Assembly: GCA_003558085.1 (NCBI GenBank)
Contig: PWMT01000096.1
Coordinates: 1-18,505 of the forward strand
Direction of reading: 5' to 3'
DNA: 18,505 nucleotides
DNA from: Methanobacteriaceae archaeon
Lineage (GTDB): Archaea; Methanobacteriota; Methanobacteria; Methanobacteriales; Methanobacteriaceae
In this document: one piece after another, positions 17,460 through 18,505 of the stretch
Layout of the letters: every line of letters begins with the position of its first letter
Position numbering within the stretch: position 1 is the first letter of the stretch
Made by a program: the position numbers and the translations under genes
Notes under the pieces: model-generated
Told to the model about the DNA's origin: nothing
Seen by the model: only the letters and a program-made list of their open reading frames with translations
Databases searched by the model: none

Positions 17460-18083
17460 CTGCATTTACCAGATGGAATTATACCTTTAGGACAAGCTTT
17501 AATTTACTGGATTATAACCATTGTAACCTTGCTTATCTACCTATATCGGCTTTCTAAAATTGAAAACCGTAATAAATTAATCATCAGCACCTCACTTTTA
17601 GCGGCAGTAACCATGGTGGCGGGTTCCCTACATATACCCTCACCTTTAGGTATCCCCATGCACCTTTTCATCATACCCCTGGTAGCTATTTTACTGGGAC
17701 CTCTAAGTGGGGCTACTGTAGCGGTATTGGTGCTTATAGTACAAGCATTTTTACTGGGAATGGGTGGAATAACTGCCTTAGGTGCCAATGCCTTAACTTT
17801 AGGTTTACCTGTAACCCTGGCCACATATTATTCCTATAAATTGCTTTTAGATATTGATTTCCGGTTGAGTGTTTTCTCCGCCACTTTTATTGGAGCTATC
17901 ATGGTTACGGTAACTCAGAGTGTGATACTTTTAATTGCAGGGGTTTGGACTTTAGAAGTGATATTAGCTACTTTAGTACCGTTTTACTTATTCATAGGAG
18001 TGATTGAAGGAGTGGCTAATGTAGCTGTTTTATCTTTCTTAGCTAGAGTTCAACCTGAATTTTTATCTATAGAGAAGGTTTAA
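17460..18083 (+). CDS. cbiM: ECF-type Co/Ni transporter S-component (CbiM/NikM family), copy 2, CTG start
   Basis: Extending the track ORF (17529) upstream gives CTG-CAT-TTA-CCA-GAT-GGA (MHLPDG), 7 nt after SD GGGAGGT. Length is then 624 nt, identical to copy 1, with His68 conserved. Confidence 0.88.
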   Translation: MHLPDGIIPLGQALIYWIITIVTLLIYLYRLSKIENRNKLIISTSLLAAVTMVAGSLHIPSPLGIPMHLFIIPLVAILLGPLSGATVAVLVLIVQAFLLGMGGITALGANALTLGLPVTLATYYSYKLLLDIDFRLSVFSATFIGAIMVTVTQSVILLIAGVWTLEVILATLVPFYLFIGVIEGVANVAVLSFLARVQPEFLSIEKV

Positions 18084-18099
18084 GGAGGAATGAAAAAAT

Positions 18100-18505
18100 A
18101 TGAAAAAAATAATATGTTTAGTCATAATGTTAATGGGAATAATAGCACCTATATCTGCCTGTGGACCACATTTTGCCCCAGACGGTGGGGTGGATGTAGT
18201 GATAATAGCAGACCAAGCAAGCAGCCCCCTGGCTACCAATTTGATAAATTCATTAGGGGTAAATGCTCAGGTGATCGAATTTCCTTCCAAGGATGCTGTA
18301 AAGCATGAGATGGGTCACTATATTTATGACTACGATGTTAAAGTATTGGCAATCGCTTATCAGGATACTGTGGAAGAATTTATAGCAGATAATCCAGAAT
18401 CCTCAGATCTAATCAGAGTCTCTGCAGCAGAAGAAGAAGAAATTGAAGATAATTTAAACCAACTAGAAGCTGAAACTACTTCCCCCGGGCAAACCACTGA
18501 TCCCA
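18100..18505 (+). CDS. Small secreted putative metal-binding protein, copy 2 (partial, runs off the window)
   Basis: Not in the ORF track. MKKIICLVIMLMGIIAPISA|CGPHFAPDGGVDVVIIADQ...HEMGH...AYQDTVEEFI..NP.SSD.IRVSAAEEEEI, clearly paralogous to 16660-17169. Confidence 0.88.
   Translation, partial: MKKIICLVIMLMGIIAPISACGPHFAPDGGVDVVIIADQASSPLATNLINSLGVNAQVIEFPSKDAVKHEMGHYIYDYDVKVLAIAYQDTVEEFIADNPESSDLIRVSAAEEEEIEDNLNQLEAETTSPGQTTDP

Noticed and set aside
469-17824. Other short overlapping or antisense ORFs in the track (e.g. 469-732, 583-873, 2178-2594, 6598-6801, 11282-11467, 12663-12920, 16099-16335, 17537-17824)
   Set aside because: All lie within well-supported genes and lack independent motifs.
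18090-18308. 72-aa ORF in the track
   Set aside because: Wrong frame. The frame starting at ATG 18100 is paralogous to 16660-17169.
1-18505. tRNA, rRNA, RNase P RNA, SRP RNA, transposase or integrase genes
   Set aside because: No matching GC-rich structured sequence or catalytic motifs seen.

Overview
AT-rich archaeal DNA, most consistent with a Methanobacteriales methanogen (inferred from protein sequences and gene order). Left (1-2.8 kb): a minus-strand MacB/LolCDE-type ABC permease plus a partial ATPase, then a divergent CMD-like gene and a HEAT-repeat-like gene. Middle (3.2-12.0 kb): the conserved archaeal exosome/proteasome/RNase P superoperon (rpl15e, DUF54-like, rnp3, rnp2, psmA, SBDS, rrp4, rrp41, rrp42, rpl37ae, rpoP [missed by the ORF track], Brix, pcc1, pfdB, DUF3194-like), preceded by a structured leader resembling the eL15 ribosomal leader. 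Right (12.0-18.5 kb), the most interesting part: (i) a ~170-nt hairpin-rich element with its own BRE/TATA and a 29-codon ORF; (ii) a candidate cell-surface transition-metal (Ni/Co) acquisition locus. The locus has NikR-like GTAATA/TATTAC boxes, a ~1020-aa secreted, membrane-anchored, His-rich protein with two FmdE-type HxHxC modules, and a tandemly duplicated cassette. Each cassette encodes a CbiM/NikM S-component and a small secreted protein whose predicted mature N-terminus is HGIH in copy 1 and CGPH in copy 2. Several genes appear to use non-canonical start codons (CTG, possibly ATA/ATC). Family assignments are from motif recognition; no database searches were run.
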